NCBI RefSeq assembly: GCF_001194135.2
Contig: NC_068981.1
Coordinates: 144,181,818 to 144,220,604 of the forward strand
Direction: 5' to 3'
Origin: Octopus bimaculoides
Taxonomy: Eukaryota
DNA: 38,787 nucleotides
The notes below the pieces were generated by a model. That model was given only the letters and a program-made list of their open reading frames with translations, searched no databases and was not told the origin of the DNA. Shown piece after piece: positions 10,995 to 25,000 of the stretch. Within the stretch, counting starts at the first letter, position 1. Each line of letters starts with the position of its first letter. The position numbers and the translations under genes are program-made.

Positions 10995-13900
10995 CACATA
11001 CATACATATATCATATATATTATATNNNNNNNNNNNNNNNNNNNNNNNNNNNNNNNNNNNNNNNNNNNNNNNNNNNNNNNNNNNNNNNNNNNNNNNNNNN
11101 NNNNNNNNNNNNNNNNNNNNNNNNNNNNNNNNNNNNNNNNNNNNNNNNNNNNNNNNNNNNNNNNNNNNNNNNNNNNNNNNNNNNNNNNNNNNNNNNNNNN
11201 NNNNNNNNNNNNNNNNNNNNNNNNNNNNNNNNNNNNNNNNNNNNNNNNNNNNNNNNNNNNNNNNNNNNNNNNNNNNNNNNNNNNNNNNNNNNNNNNNNNN
11301 NNNNNNNNNNNNNNNNNNNNNNNNNNNNNNNNNNNNNNNNNNNNNNNNNNNNNNNNNNNNNNNNNNNNNNNNNNNNNNNNNNNNNNCAACTGTATAAACA
11401 ACATGAAATACGAAAACAAACGAATTAAATACGCAAAAAAACGAGAGAAAAAATGGCAAACAAGACATATGTATATATAATTTATGTACATATACGCACA
11501 TATTTATATATTTAATACAAACACATATATACATATATGCTGGTAGAGCCCTCAAGTACCTTCTCCATATCTTCGCATCAAAAGCATCCATCTTTACACT
11601 TTCCTGTTGCATTTCCAGGTGTGACCAACTGAAACTATGGATATTACACGAACATATTGCTCGTGGTCTATCCCTAGGTCTTTTGCCAAATGTCTTGGCT
11701 TGAAGAATCTATCTTGTATTCCTTTCCTGTGGCTTTCTAACCACATGCTAACCATAGTACTAGAGCTATGACATCTCAATGCAGAGAAGTAGCAACTCAA
11801 ACTGGAAAGACACTCTAATCAATGAGCAACACATTCTGTTGACTAACATCACTCCAGAGATCCCATTTCAACCACTTGTACCTTGTATTTGTAATCATAT
11901 GTTCATGAACATAGGTGAGAATAGGAATAAAAGTTATATTAAAAATACCTTTTTTTTTTTTTGATAACACCTTCTTCTTTTAGGCTTTGAATCTTGAATT
12001 TGGCTCTTTACTGTGCCAGCATCTGCAGTTTTGGCATCCTATTCAGCCACCCATAACTTATAAATGTTGATCTGAAATACTTAAACTTCTCCACCTGCCT
12101 CATTGATGTTCCACTAACATGCAAAATGTGTTGGGATGACCTTCTTGAGAGAACCAATATCTAAATCTTTGCAACACTAATTCTTATCCTTGCATTGCAG
12201 CACTTGGCAGTGAATCCATTCAGTGCATGTTTGAGATCCCCTTCTAATGAGCTTAGTAGCACCATGTCATCTGCAATTATCAGCTGAATTCTTAATCACT
12301 CAGCCATTTGTAAACATATTGGTTTCAAATTTTGATTAAACACACGAGTCTGTAAACTAGTTTAATGTTGTTTCTCTTATCTTCTAATGTTATATAAAAT
12401 TAGCTGTTAACCCTTTCGTTACCGTGTTTATTTTGGGATGCTCTGTGTTTCTTTCAATTAATTTTAAATATAACAAAGAATTTAGTAAAATAACTTAGTT
12501 ATCATTAAGCTGGTGATAGGAACACAAATTGTGACCAAGGTTTGGCGGAAGATTTTCATTCAAAACTTATGAAGACAAGACATTTGTGCTACCGAGCCAG
12601 AGGCAGTTTCAGCCAGGTTGGTATCAAAAGGGCTAAAGGAGAGAGATGTATTAGCTTTCTTGTATCAAGCAAGAGAAAAAGGAGTGGTGCAGCTTCCAGC
12701 CATATCAGTGGTCATTGTATATTTTATATCAGAGCCTTCATTTCACACAACACCAACAAATGCAATTAATACTTTCTATGACAAGAAGGAGGTTTCTATT
12801 TGGCTGTTGATGGTTTGTTTTCAGAAGATAAAGAAGAAAGAAAAGGAATAATGGATGTCAACAAATTTCCTGTAAAATCTTCTCTGATTGGCGCTAATGG
12901 AGATTTTTCACCAAAGACGCAGAGTGAAATTGCTAGTCAAGTGAAAAGTACCAATAATTCTAGAAAGCTAAATGGACATGTAAGTATTCTTTTCCTTTTT
13001 TTCTTTTCTTACTTCTTTCACTCATTGGGCCGGAGCCATGTTTGGGACACTGTCTTGAAGTGTTTAGTCAAACAGATCNNNNNNNNNNNNNNNNNNNNNN
13101 NNNNNNNNNNNNNNNNNNNNNNNNNNNNNNNNNNNNNNNNNNNNNNNNNNNNNNNNNNNNNNNNNNNNNNNNNNNNNNNNNNNNNNNNNNNNNNNNNNNN
13201 NNNNNNNNNNNNNNNNNNNNNNNNNNNNNNNNNNNNNNNNNNNNNNNNNNNNNNNNNNNNNNNNNNNNNNNNNNNNNNNNNNNNNNNNNNNNNNNNNNNN
13301 NNNNNNNNNNNNNNNNNNNNNNNNNNNNNNNNNNNNNNNNNNNNNNNNNNNNNNNNNNNNNNNNNNNNNNNNNNNNNNNNNNNNNNNNNNNNNNNNNNNN
13401 NNNNNNNNNNNNNNNNNNNNNNNNNNNNNNNNNNNNNNNNNNNNNNNNNNNNNNNNNNNNNNNNNNNNNNNNNNNNNNNNNNNNNNNNNNNNNNNNNNNN
13501 NNNNNNNNNNNNNNNNNNNNNNNNNNNNNNNNNNNNNNNNNNNNNNNNNNNNNNNNNNNNNNNNNNNNNNNNNNNNNNNNNNNNNNNNNNNNNNNNNNNN
13601 NNNNNNNNNNNNNNNNNNNNNNNNNNNNNNNNNNNNNNNNNNNNNNNNNNNNNNNNNNNNNNNNNNNNNNNNNNNNNNNNNNNNNNNNNNNNNNNNNNNN
13701 NNNNNNNNNNNNNNNNNNNNNNNNNNNNNNNNNNNNNNNNNNNNNNNNNNNNNNNNNNNNNNNNNNNNNNNNNNNNNNNNNNNNNNNNNNNNNNNNNNNN
13801 NNNNNNNNNNNNNNNNNNNNNNNNNNNNNNNNNNNNNNNNNNNNNNNNNNNNNNNNNNNNNNNNNNNNNNNNNNNNNNNNNNNNNNNNNNNNNNNNNNNN

Positions 13901-14616
13901 NNNNNNNNNNNNNNNNNNNNNNNNNNNNNNNNNNNNNNNNNNNNNNNNNNNNNNNNNNNNNNNNNNNNNNNNNNNNNNNNGGACCTCCAACAAGGCCTTT
14001 CACAATACCTTTAAAGCTAGGAACTTGTCAGCACACCCTTATATGTATGTATGTATGTATGTATGGTTGGCTTCTTTGTGTCTCTGCCTACTGAATCTAC
14101 TCAGAAAGCTTTGGTAAGACCAAGGCAATCGTGAAAGACATTCGCCCCAGATGCCACACAGTGGGACTGAATCCAGAACCATAGGGTTGGGAAGCAAACT
14201 TCTTACCATACAACGATGCAGGTACCTATAAGCTACGCCTGCTACTATTGTCACACCTGATACAATATTGCATACTATTTTGTTGTTTGATACTATGCAA
14301 CATGACTACTACTATCAAACAGTGACACTTGCTTTATTTTTAATTGTTAATTGTCTTCTTTTAGTTTATTGAGGCAGTTTTGAAACTGTTTGTCACAATT
14401 ACTTTAGTGTGGTGCCAACAATCTCTAGGGCTATTGTGAAGCTAAATCAAATTTGTTAAATTTTCACTAATTATTTCAGATCTGTCAATTGCATACAATT
14501 TAGGTACATGGACAGGTAACTTGTGGAATTTTATTTATCAGTTATTTATTTTATTAATTTCATTAATTTTGTATTGCTAACAAAATTAAATTAATGTGTC
14601 CTAAGAACACTGCTTC

Positions 14617-14655
<39 letters not shown>

Positions 14656-14709
14656 CTTGGTGGTGGTACTGGGGATGACAGCAGCTGTCGCTGCTGCTGC
14701 TGCTGCTGT

Positions 14710-14773
<64 letters not shown>

Positions 14774-17700
14774 GGTGGTTAAGAAGGAATTGTCAAAGCC
14801 AGAAATACTCTCCTAATTCTCATTAAGTCTTGTGTCATAATACACCATTAATGTGATTTAGAGTTAATTTTCACTTCTCTGTACACCTGTAAATTTCTAC
14901 ATATGTTAGAAAACAGCATTAATCTAACCTACAGTAACTTCCCTTCTTCCATTGTTGATATTCTCAGTATAGTTTCAATGTTTCAATTTTAGGGAAAAGC
15001 TAATTCTAAATCACATTAGAGGTGAGCTACACTTGTAACTTAATGAGACTCAGCTAGCAAAAATGAGTAGTAACTGTATTTCAAAGGGCCAGCCTTGTCA
15101 CATTTGTCATCCTGAATATATTGAGGATATAGACGCAGGAGTGGGTGTGTAGTAAGTAGCTTGCTTACTAACCACATGGTTCTGGGTTCAGTCCCACTGC
15201 GTGACACCTTGGGCAAGTGTCTTCTACTATAGCCTCGGGCCGACCAAAGCCTTGTGAGTGGATTTGGTAGACAAACTGAAAGAAGCCCGTCGTATATACG
15301 TATATATATATATATATATATANNNNNNNNNNNNNNNNNNNNNNNNNNNNNNNNNNNNNNNNNNNNNNNNNNNNNNNNNNNNNNNNNNNNNNNNNNNNNN
15401 NNNNNNNNNNNNNNNNNNNNNNNNNNNNNNNNNNNNNATATATATATGTATATATGTGTGTGTATGTGTTTGTGTATCTGTGTTTGTCCTCCCAACATCG
15501 CTTGACAACCGATGCTGGTGTGTTTACGTCCCCGTAACTTAACGGTTCGGCAAAAGAGACCGATAGAATAAGTACTAGGCTTCCAAAGAATAAGTCCTGG
15601 GGTCGATTTGCTCGACTAAAGGTGATGCTCCAGCATGGCCACAGTCAAATGACTGAAACAAGTAAAAGAGTAATATGTGTCTGTGGAGTGCTCAGCCACT
15701 TGCACGTTAATTTCATGAGCAGTCTGTTCCATTGAACGGACCAACTGGAACCCTCGTTGTTGTAACCGACGGAGTGCCTGTTGATGAGAAGAAGCAGGAT
15801 GGTACCTGTATCTATTTGTTTTGTTGTTTATTTGTTGTATTTATCTGACATTTTGTTTCCTGTTTTGTTTTCAAAGGGCTTGTCCACAAGGAGTAGAGAG
15901 GAAGCATTTTTTGAGAATTTTAGTCCATTGCCAAAAGTAAAAGATGAAGTGGGAGCTATTCCAGTACCTCCAGAAGCTTCTCTTTCAAATGCTTTATTCG
16001 ATGAGTTCTTTCATGGTGGACATTGCAGGGAATCAAAGTTTGTCTGTGACTATTATCACCCCAAAGATAAAAACAAAACAGACTTGCTTCAGGACCTAGT
16101 CCCTGAATCTTTTAAGCTTAAAGAACCAAAGAACATTCTTTCTAATGATAATGACTATCTTGATGATAATTTGAATGCAGTGAAAGAAACTGTGATAAAA
16201 GGAAGGAGGTAAGGGACTAGTTATATGTTTTTGTCTTTATTTATGCTATTTCTTCATTTTAGCGAGGATTTTTTAAACAATTTCTAAACAATTTTGTTGT
16301 TCTGAATATCTAGATATTTGTATATCTTGCTGGAGAAAAGAAGTATGTTAAGGGCAGAATATTGTGTGGACATCGTGGATTTGACAGTGCCATGGGAGCT
16401 AACAAGTGTGAGAGAGGGGAAATCAGGAAAGTTTGCAGAGTTCTAAGAAGAGTGAAAGGGGAATGGATGAAGTGCAGAACTGTAGACAGTGCAGGCTGGG
16501 TGTATAAGCATTAAATTCAATGTTGGGAGGTATATTTTGGCTTGAGGGTGAATGGGCATAAAGTGGCAAGGTAAGTGAAGTGGATTTGCAGGGCTGCAAG
16601 TTTTGGTTTATGTTTAGTGCAAAAGTAGGGCATTCCAATTGTAGTGTCAGGTGGCCAGATGGAGATATACCATGCTTAAATAGCTGAAACATCGATGAGG
16701 TTTGGTATGTTGCTGATGATCCTATGGTGTTGACTGCAAGGTTCTGCAATTAATTATGTAAATTAGTACACTATTGGAAATAGAAATATATTTACCTAGA
16801 AAGTAAAAAGATAATGTAAGATTGAATTTTATTTTATGTTTAAAATTTGTTTGTCTATGATTTTTCTGTAGTTTACTTTGAACCAATTTCTGAATTGCTT
16901 TGATGCAACAGCTCTTAGTGAGTCAACATTTTTAAACCAATGGAAAAGATTTATTCAAAATGTTTTGAATTCTCATAATTCTATTTATCTCAATTAATAA
17001 ACCTAGGACTGACTTTGCCTGTCATTCATTTACAACAATCATACAATATCAAGACAAGGAGACACAAACATTCACACACATACAGTATGCATGTATATCA
17101 GGGGTTCCCAACCTGGTCCATGTGGACCACTAGGTGGTCCACAGGAAAATCCAGGTGGTCCGTGGATGTGGGCGACCTTGTTTTGTTCATGATATCAAAA
17201 CAGGGTCGCCTACATACCATTGGCGAAGACCTGATTAGGCCCTCCATACTTGAAGCATATAAAGTTGCTAATGTGCCGAACACTGCCTCAGTTTTAGCAA
17301 GTATTCCACTTTCAAACAACACTGTATCTTCCTGCATTTGTGAAATGGCCGAAGATGTTGAATCCATAGTTGTGGAAGACTTGCGGCACTGAAGATTCTC
17401 GTTGACGGTGGATGACAGCACTTTTGACAACAAATGTGTTGTACTTGCCTTTGCTCACTATATGAAAGGTATCACAGTTTGTGAAAACCTACTCTTTATG
17501 AAAGCCGTACTGAAAAATACGGGAACGACAATCTACAATACAGTCATGGATTATCTTACTAAAAGTGGCATTGATTCCCTCAACCTCATACCAATATGCA
17601 CTGATGGAGTACCGTCTATGATTGGCAAGTCCCAGGGTTTTGTTGCCAGATGGATAGAATTTAATCCAGTCTTCACAATTCATTGCGTTCTCCATCGAGA

Positions 17701-18731
17701 AAACCTGATAGCAAAAAGAACCGGAAATAATATATTTTCTGAAACCCTAAATTTAATTGCTTCCACTGTAAAAAAAATCAAAAGATTTGCTTATCAAGAC
17801 AGGTATTTTCAAGAAGCTTGTAAAGATGAAACGTTCGACCGTCTGTTGTATTCGACAGATATATGCTGGCTATCAATGGGAAGTTGTCTCGGGTATTTTG
17901 TGGCACTTTTTGATAAAGTCATAGATTTTTTTCAACAAACTGATCCAACTATGACAGCATCACTTTCTCAGAAAAAAACGATAATTTTTTATTTACATGA
18001 AATCTTTCAAAAACTTAATGATCTCAGTATTTCTTTACAAATGCAAAACATCAATATTATACGGGCTACGCACATGATAAAGGTGTTTGTGAATAAACTT
18101 GTTCTTTAGAAACTTCAAATTGAAGATCATAACTTTCTTCAGTTCGTGAACCTAAAAACTGTTGTGTTAGATAAAATGTTTGCACAACCTTTTGTACTGA
18201 TCCCAACTTCACTCTCACATTTTTTGAATTTACCCTTCGAGGAGATTGTGGCTTGTTGATTTTTGTTGTTGTCACTTAAAGCATGCGGAATCCATGCTCC
18301 ATACTTCTGAACTTTTCCCATTGAGTCAAGATGCTTCTCTATAGCAGTGTGGGAGCATTCCATTTTCTCTGCCAGTTCCTTTGTCATTTGATGAGAATTT
18401 TTGTGCAAAAGTTGGTTTAATCGCTCTTCATCGAACTCAACTGGACGGCCAGAATGAAGTGCGTCTTTGAGGTCAAAATTTCCATTTTTGAACTTGGCAT
18501 ACCAATCACAAGCGGTTCTTTCAGCTATGGCACCCTGTCCATACACAGCACAAATATCGTGAGCAGCTTTTGCGGCCTTAGAACCTTGATTAAAATCAAA
18601 AAGAAGGAGGTATCGAAAAATGCTCATTTTTCTTAAATTGACATTCCATTTTAATGATNNNNNNNNNNNNNNNNNNNNNNNNNNNNNNNNNNNNNNNNNN
18701 NNNNNNNNNNNNNNNNNNNNNNNNNNNNNNN

Positions 18732-18768
<37 letters not shown>

Positions 18769-18833
18769 ATATGTATGTATATATATATATGTATGTGTGT
18801 GTATATTTGTGTGTGTGCCCGCACACACACACA

Positions 18834-18870
<37 letters not shown>

Positions 18871-21598
18871 TATCATCATCATTAACATCTGTTTTCTATG
18901 CTGGCATGGATTGGATGGTTTGACTGAAAACCGGTAAGCTCTGGAGCTACACCAGGTTCTTATCTGACTTGGCAATGTTTCTACAGTTGGATGTCTTTCC
19001 TAGTCCTAACCACTCCAAGAGTGTAGTGGGTGCTTTTTACATGCCACCGGATTGAGTGCCAGTTACAAAACACCAACATTGACCATGACTTGGCTTGACA
19101 ATTCTCCTCAAACACAATATATTCCTTTCTGCTATAGGCACAAGGCCTGGAATTTGTGGGAAATAGTTGATTACATTGAAACCCAGTACTTAACTGGCAC
19201 TTAATTTATCAATCCTGAAAGTATGAAATGCAAAGTAGACCTTGGTGGAATTTGAACTCAGATGAAATACTGCTAAACATTTTGCCCAGCATGCTAACTA
19301 ATCTGCCAGCTCAGTGCCTTCTGAAGCATAATATATTGCTAAAGGTCTCGGTCGCTTGTCATAGCCTCTGTGAAGCCCAAAGTTCGAAGGGTGCATTTTA
19401 CATACCACTAGCATGGGAGCCAGTTACGTGACACTGGCATCAGCCACAACTATGATTTCATTTGGCCTGATGGGTCTTCTCAAGCACTGCATATTGCCAA
19501 AGGTCTTGGTCATTTGTCATTGCCTCCATGAGGCCCAATACTCAAAGATTATGCTTCACCCCACGTCTTCCTGGGTCTGCCCCTTCCACAGGTTCCTTTC
19601 TCTGTTAGAAATCAGCACTTCATACAGCTGTACTTGTCCACACACATCACATGATCATACCAGAACAGTCTTCTCTCTTGCACACCTCACTGATAATACA
19701 TATGCCCAACTTTTCTCTCAGGACACTTACACTCTGTTGTGCATGCACATTGACATTGTACATCCAGCAAAGCATACTAGGTTCATTTCTTTAAAGCCTT
19801 CACATGTCCTCAGTGGTCACAGTCCATGTTTCACTTCTGTGTAGCATGGCTGTTCACACACAGGCATAGTACAATATGCCTTTCACTCTGGGGGAGATGC
19901 CCTTTACTATTAACAGGAGTAGGAGCTCTCTGAACATTGCCTCACTTATTCTTATTCTAGCAGCTCTGTTCTCGGAGCATCCACCTTTGCTACTGACTTG
20001 GTCACCTAGATAATGGAAGCTACAAACTACTTCTAGCCTTCCCGCTGACATTTGATTCAGTCTATTTCTGTACATTTCAGGTGTTAATTGTACCTGTGCA
20101 CCTTCCACACACACAAACTATTTTCCCTGTTAACCTCCCTCTGATATTGCTGCACCTCTTATATGTCCATAGCTTACACCGGGTACATCTTATGGAGCAA
20201 CTACCTACGCCTTTTCTACAGATTGTGTAGAGTCATCTACTTGAAGGGATTTGTGATTTGTCTGCTCTCCTATTTACTAAGAATTTGGTTCACTTTTCTC
20301 TTCTTTATACAGACTTATTTTCACTTTTTCTCCACATTTTCAGGAGTTCCTCTGTTGAGACATTAAAGGGTTTAAGTATAGAAGATGTTGATGATTCTGA
20401 ATTCTTAGACTTTACAGTACCCTCATCAAGAATTTCTCAAACAGCTCCCATGTCTACTGTAAGAAAACCAATAGATCTCAATACTGCTATGGTAAGTGAT
20501 AAATGTTACAGATATTAACTGTTTCTTTAGTTGTTTAATTTCGAAAAATATGTGAAATCCCATTTGATACCTAGCTGCCTGTGATCACCTCTTGTTCTGT
20601 GATTCAAACTTCCTGTTAAAAAGTTATCTAAATTCAAATCTTCCATCAAAATTTTGTGTTAATTTGTGTTACAAACATCATATTAATAATCTTTTCTAAT
20701 AAAAGCACATGGCCTGAAATTTTGCGGGAGAGGATTAGTCAATTACATCCACCCCAGTGTTTAATTTATTTAATTTATCAACCCCACAAGGATGAAAGGC
20801 AAAGTTGACCATGGCGAAATTTGAACTCAGAGCATGAAGATGGACAAAATGCTCTTAAGCCTTTTGCCACATGTGCTAATGATTCTGCCAGCTCACTGCC
20901 TTAAACATCACATTAATAATGGTCTCAAATTTTGGCACAAGGCCAGCGATTTTAGTGGGAAGGGGCTAGTTGATGATATCAACCCCAGTGTTCAACTGGT
21001 ACTTATTTTATCAACCCCGAAAAGATGAAAAGCGAAGTCAGCCTTGGCAGAACTTGAACTCAGAACATAAAAAGCTGAAAGAGACACCACCAAAAATTTT
21101 ATCCTTAAAAATGCTGCAGTAATAATGATGAAAAAAATGTTTCATTACTTTCAAAATTGATTGGAATAGAGGAAGTATATCTCAATTGAAATATAGTAAA
21201 AAAAATGGTTCTGGTTAGAATTTTGTCTGTCAATCTTGACTTTAAAACTTCAAGGTGATGAATTAGCAGAATGATTAGAATGTTGGATACAACACCCTGC
21301 AGTATTTGTTCTGATTCTTTTCACTCTGTGTTCAAACCCTGCTGCAATCAATTTTGTCTGTTATCTTTCTGGGGTCAGTTAAAATGTACCAATCCAGGAC
21401 ACTCTTTTACTTGTTTCAGTCATTTGACTATGGCCATGCTGGAGCACACCTTTAGTCGAGCAAATCGACCCCAGGACTTATTCTTTGTAAGCCTAGTACT
21501 TATTCTATCCGTTTCTTTTGCCGAACTGCTAAGTTACGGCGACGTAAACACACCAGCATCGGTTGTCAAGCAATGTTGGGTGGACAAATACAGACACA

Positions 21599-21642
<44 letters not shown>

Positions 21643-22067
21643 TATATACGACGGGCTTTTTTCAGTTTCCGTCTACCAAATCCACTCATAAGGCTTTGGT
21701 CGGCCCGGGGCTATAGTAGAAGACACTTGCCCAAGGTGCCACTCAGTGGGAATGAACCCGGAACCATGTGGTTGGTAAGCAAGCTACTTACCACACATCA
21801 CTCCTACGCCTAGATTTTTTATCTTTTATTTTTTGACTTGTTCCCATCATTTGATTGTGGCCATGCTGGGGCACCACCTTGAAGAGCATTAGTTGAACAA
21901 ATCGACTTTTTTGTTAAGCCTGGTACTTATTCTATTGATCTCTATTTGCTGAACTACTAGGTTATGAGAACATAAACATACCAACACTGGTTGTCAAGTG
22001 GTGGAGGGGGACAAACACAAACACAAAGACACACACATACACACACACACATACATATATATGCATA

Positions 22068-22098
<31 letters not shown>

Positions 22099-25000
22099 GT
22101 GTGTGTGTGGTGTGTGTATGTACGTGTGTGTGTGGTGTGTGTATGTACATGCGTGTGTGGTGTGTGTATGTACGTGTGTGTGTGTGTGTGGTGTGTGTAT
22201 GTACGTGTGTGTGTGGTGTGTGTATGTACGTGTGTGTGTGTGTGTGTGTATGATGGGACTCTTTTAGTTTCTGTCTACCAAATCCACTCACAAGGCTTTG
22301 GTTGGCCTGAGGCTATAGTAGAAAACACTTGCCCAAGGTACCACACAGTGGGACTGAACCGGGAACCATGTGGTTGGGAAGCAAGCTTCTTACCACCCAC
22401 CCATGCTTGTGGTTTGTGGAACTATAAGAAACTTGCACAGGATATCTTGTGATATTTATTCCAGCTCTTTGTGTTCTGTGTTTAAAATCCCAACCAGTCC
22501 TACATTGGTGGGTCATGACCTGTCAACCAGTTTAGCACAATCATCGGGTACTCTGGGTTCCTTTAGAAGATTCCACTCTGCTGTAAGAATTTGGGCCAGG
22601 TCTTTGACTTGTGAATAACTTCCTCTTTCTCTCTCTCCTATCAGTCTTGGAGGCTCTGTAAAAAGTTATGGGCACTGCTTACCTCCTGACTAAAAGACAA
22701 AAAGAAATACAAATAACATGAGCAGTGCACTATGGTTCAATGATGCACTGTAGAACACAGGTGCACCACAGATATTTGAAAATATAATCTGCTTCAGAAA
22801 ATTCATATTAATGCTGAAACATCGTTTAAAATATGTTATTCATAATTTTGCCATACACAATTATGATTGTTAAAAGTAGAGAAGCAATTATTCTTAAAAA
22901 TATTTTTCTCTAAAATTTTAACTTCTAAACATTGTTGGTTTTTCAAAAATTTTCTTACAAAGTGTACCAGTAATTTCTAAGTATCGAAAGAAAATGCATC
23001 AGTAGTTTTTGATTCTCCATGCAGGCTGCATCTGTTACTTTTACTTTTCCATGTAGCATGCACTTGTAATTTTTAATTCCCCATTAAAGTGCACCAGTAA
23101 ATTTTAATTTTCCATGTACCAGTGAATTTTAATTTTCCATGCACTAGTAGATTTTTGTTTGGACGCCTTTGTACCACGGTGTCAAAAAGATTGAGAACTT
23201 TTGGCCCAGAGTAACATCAGGACAACTTTCTGATATTGTAGATAGAAATTTTGTTTTACATTTTCACTGCTATTTTAATACTTTTCACTGGAGGTCAATG
23301 AAAACTAAAGAATAGAAATTAGGGTCAGTTCCATTATTCCAGTCAGTTCCCCCAGCAAGAAGAAGATATACTAAATCTTAAATTTAAAAGAAAAATATTT
23401 TAAACTTATAATGAGTTTTATTTTCTTCATTACTACAAAAGAAACGGATTAAATCAGTTCTACTCTCTGACTTTAAGAATAAGAAGTATGTGGAATAAAT
23501 TCTACCTGACAGAAACAAAATGAATGGACCAATTATTTTGACAGAGTCTCCCAGTTTACTTGACATCAGTAGAACTGAGTTCAGTTATGGATTATGATAT
23601 TTGCCGGGTATTCAGTTGAGCTGAGAGGAAAGCTAGAAGAATACAATGAACCAAGAGGATATTTATCTTGTCTTGATATACATTCTACACTTTGACAGCA
23701 ATTTGGAATCAAGAGAAATGGCTCAAATAAAAGAGATATATATTTCTTTGATCTATTACAAAATAAAGAGAGAAAAAAAAACGTGCACAGTATTTCATCT
23801 TTTTGTTTTACTTGTTTTAGTAATTGGACTGTGGTCATGCTAGAGCACTGCCTTGAAGAATTTAGCCAAACAAATCGACTCCAGTGCCTTTTTTTAAAGC
23901 CTGATATTTATTCTGTTAGTCTATCTTGCTGAACCACGAAGTCATAGGGATGTAAACTAATCAACAGTAGTTGTCGAGTGATGGTAGGGAATAAACACAA
24001 AGACAACTAACAAAAAGATACACACACATACATACATACAATCACCCGCTACACATGCACAATGAGCTTCCACACAGTTTCCATCTACCAAATTCACTCA
24101 CAAAGCATTGGTCAGCCTGGGGATGTAACAAAAGACACTTGCCTAAGGTGCAGTGCAGTGCAGTGGCACTGAACCCAAAACCATGTGGTTGCAAAGTGAG
24201 ATTCTTAATCACAAGGCCTTACCTGCTCTTAGTTTATATTTACAATTCTTTATTTCTTTTCTATGCGAAACAATAAATCAGTCTCAATTTGACAGTTCAA
24301 GTTTTACGGTGGAAAGTTGGCATTGTCTTTAGATTGTCGGACAGAATGCTTTCTGGAATTTGTTCTGACATTCTGCATTCTGAGACTAAACCTTGCCAAG
24401 GTCCACTTTACCTGTCATCCTTTTAGGGGGTCAACAGAAAAAAGCACAAAACAAAGTACTGATCCAAGGTGTTGGATTATTGGAATTGTCAAATTGTTGG
24501 ATTGTATGCTTTGCGATATTTGTTCCTGGTCTTTGCATTCTGAGTTCAAATCTTGCCATGCCTGCGTGGAGTGGTACACCTAATCAGTTGCCCAATTTTA
24601 CACCACAGCCCAGGACCTTGGATGCTTTTAACAGAGTCCACTCTGTTGCATTCAAACCAGGCCTCTCATTTGAGGATGCTTTCTTCTTTCTCTTCTTCCA
24701 ATCAGTCATGGAGGCCCAGTAAAGGGTCAGAGGCACTATTTTCCCTGGTGACTAAAAGATAAAAAAGTATGTAGTATATTACTTTTTTTTCCTTTAAGAA
24801 GAAACAGTTGCCCCTTACTCAGCCCTTTTCCATTTCTGAAGAGGGTTTCAAAGAGTTCCTCACAGTGCAGTGTAGCCAATTGAGAGGGGGTGGGGGAGAG
24901 AGATAGTGTGAGGGGGAAGTCAGACAGACAGAAGAATCGACTCCAGTGCATATCTAGTAATTCATTTATTGACCCCAAGAAGAATGGAAGGTAAAGCTGA

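Noticed and set aside
12618-12851. Protein-like ORF (KERDVLAFLYQAREKG...) and a candidate mini-exon 12733-12791
   Set aside because: It begins inside a MITE TIR, is out of frame with exon C, and would leave a 33-nt intron with a phase mismatch.
10869-14094. Long ORFs in the supplied track
   Set aside because: These ORFs are mostly N gaps and microsatellite translations; the same applies to poly-I, poly-N, SL, YI, HT and RE ORFs elsewhere.
17099-18109. Possible domesticated ZBED/SCAN3-like host gene
   Set aside because: It retains a TIR, has two in-frame stops, and lacks the N-terminus and C-terminal catalytic region.
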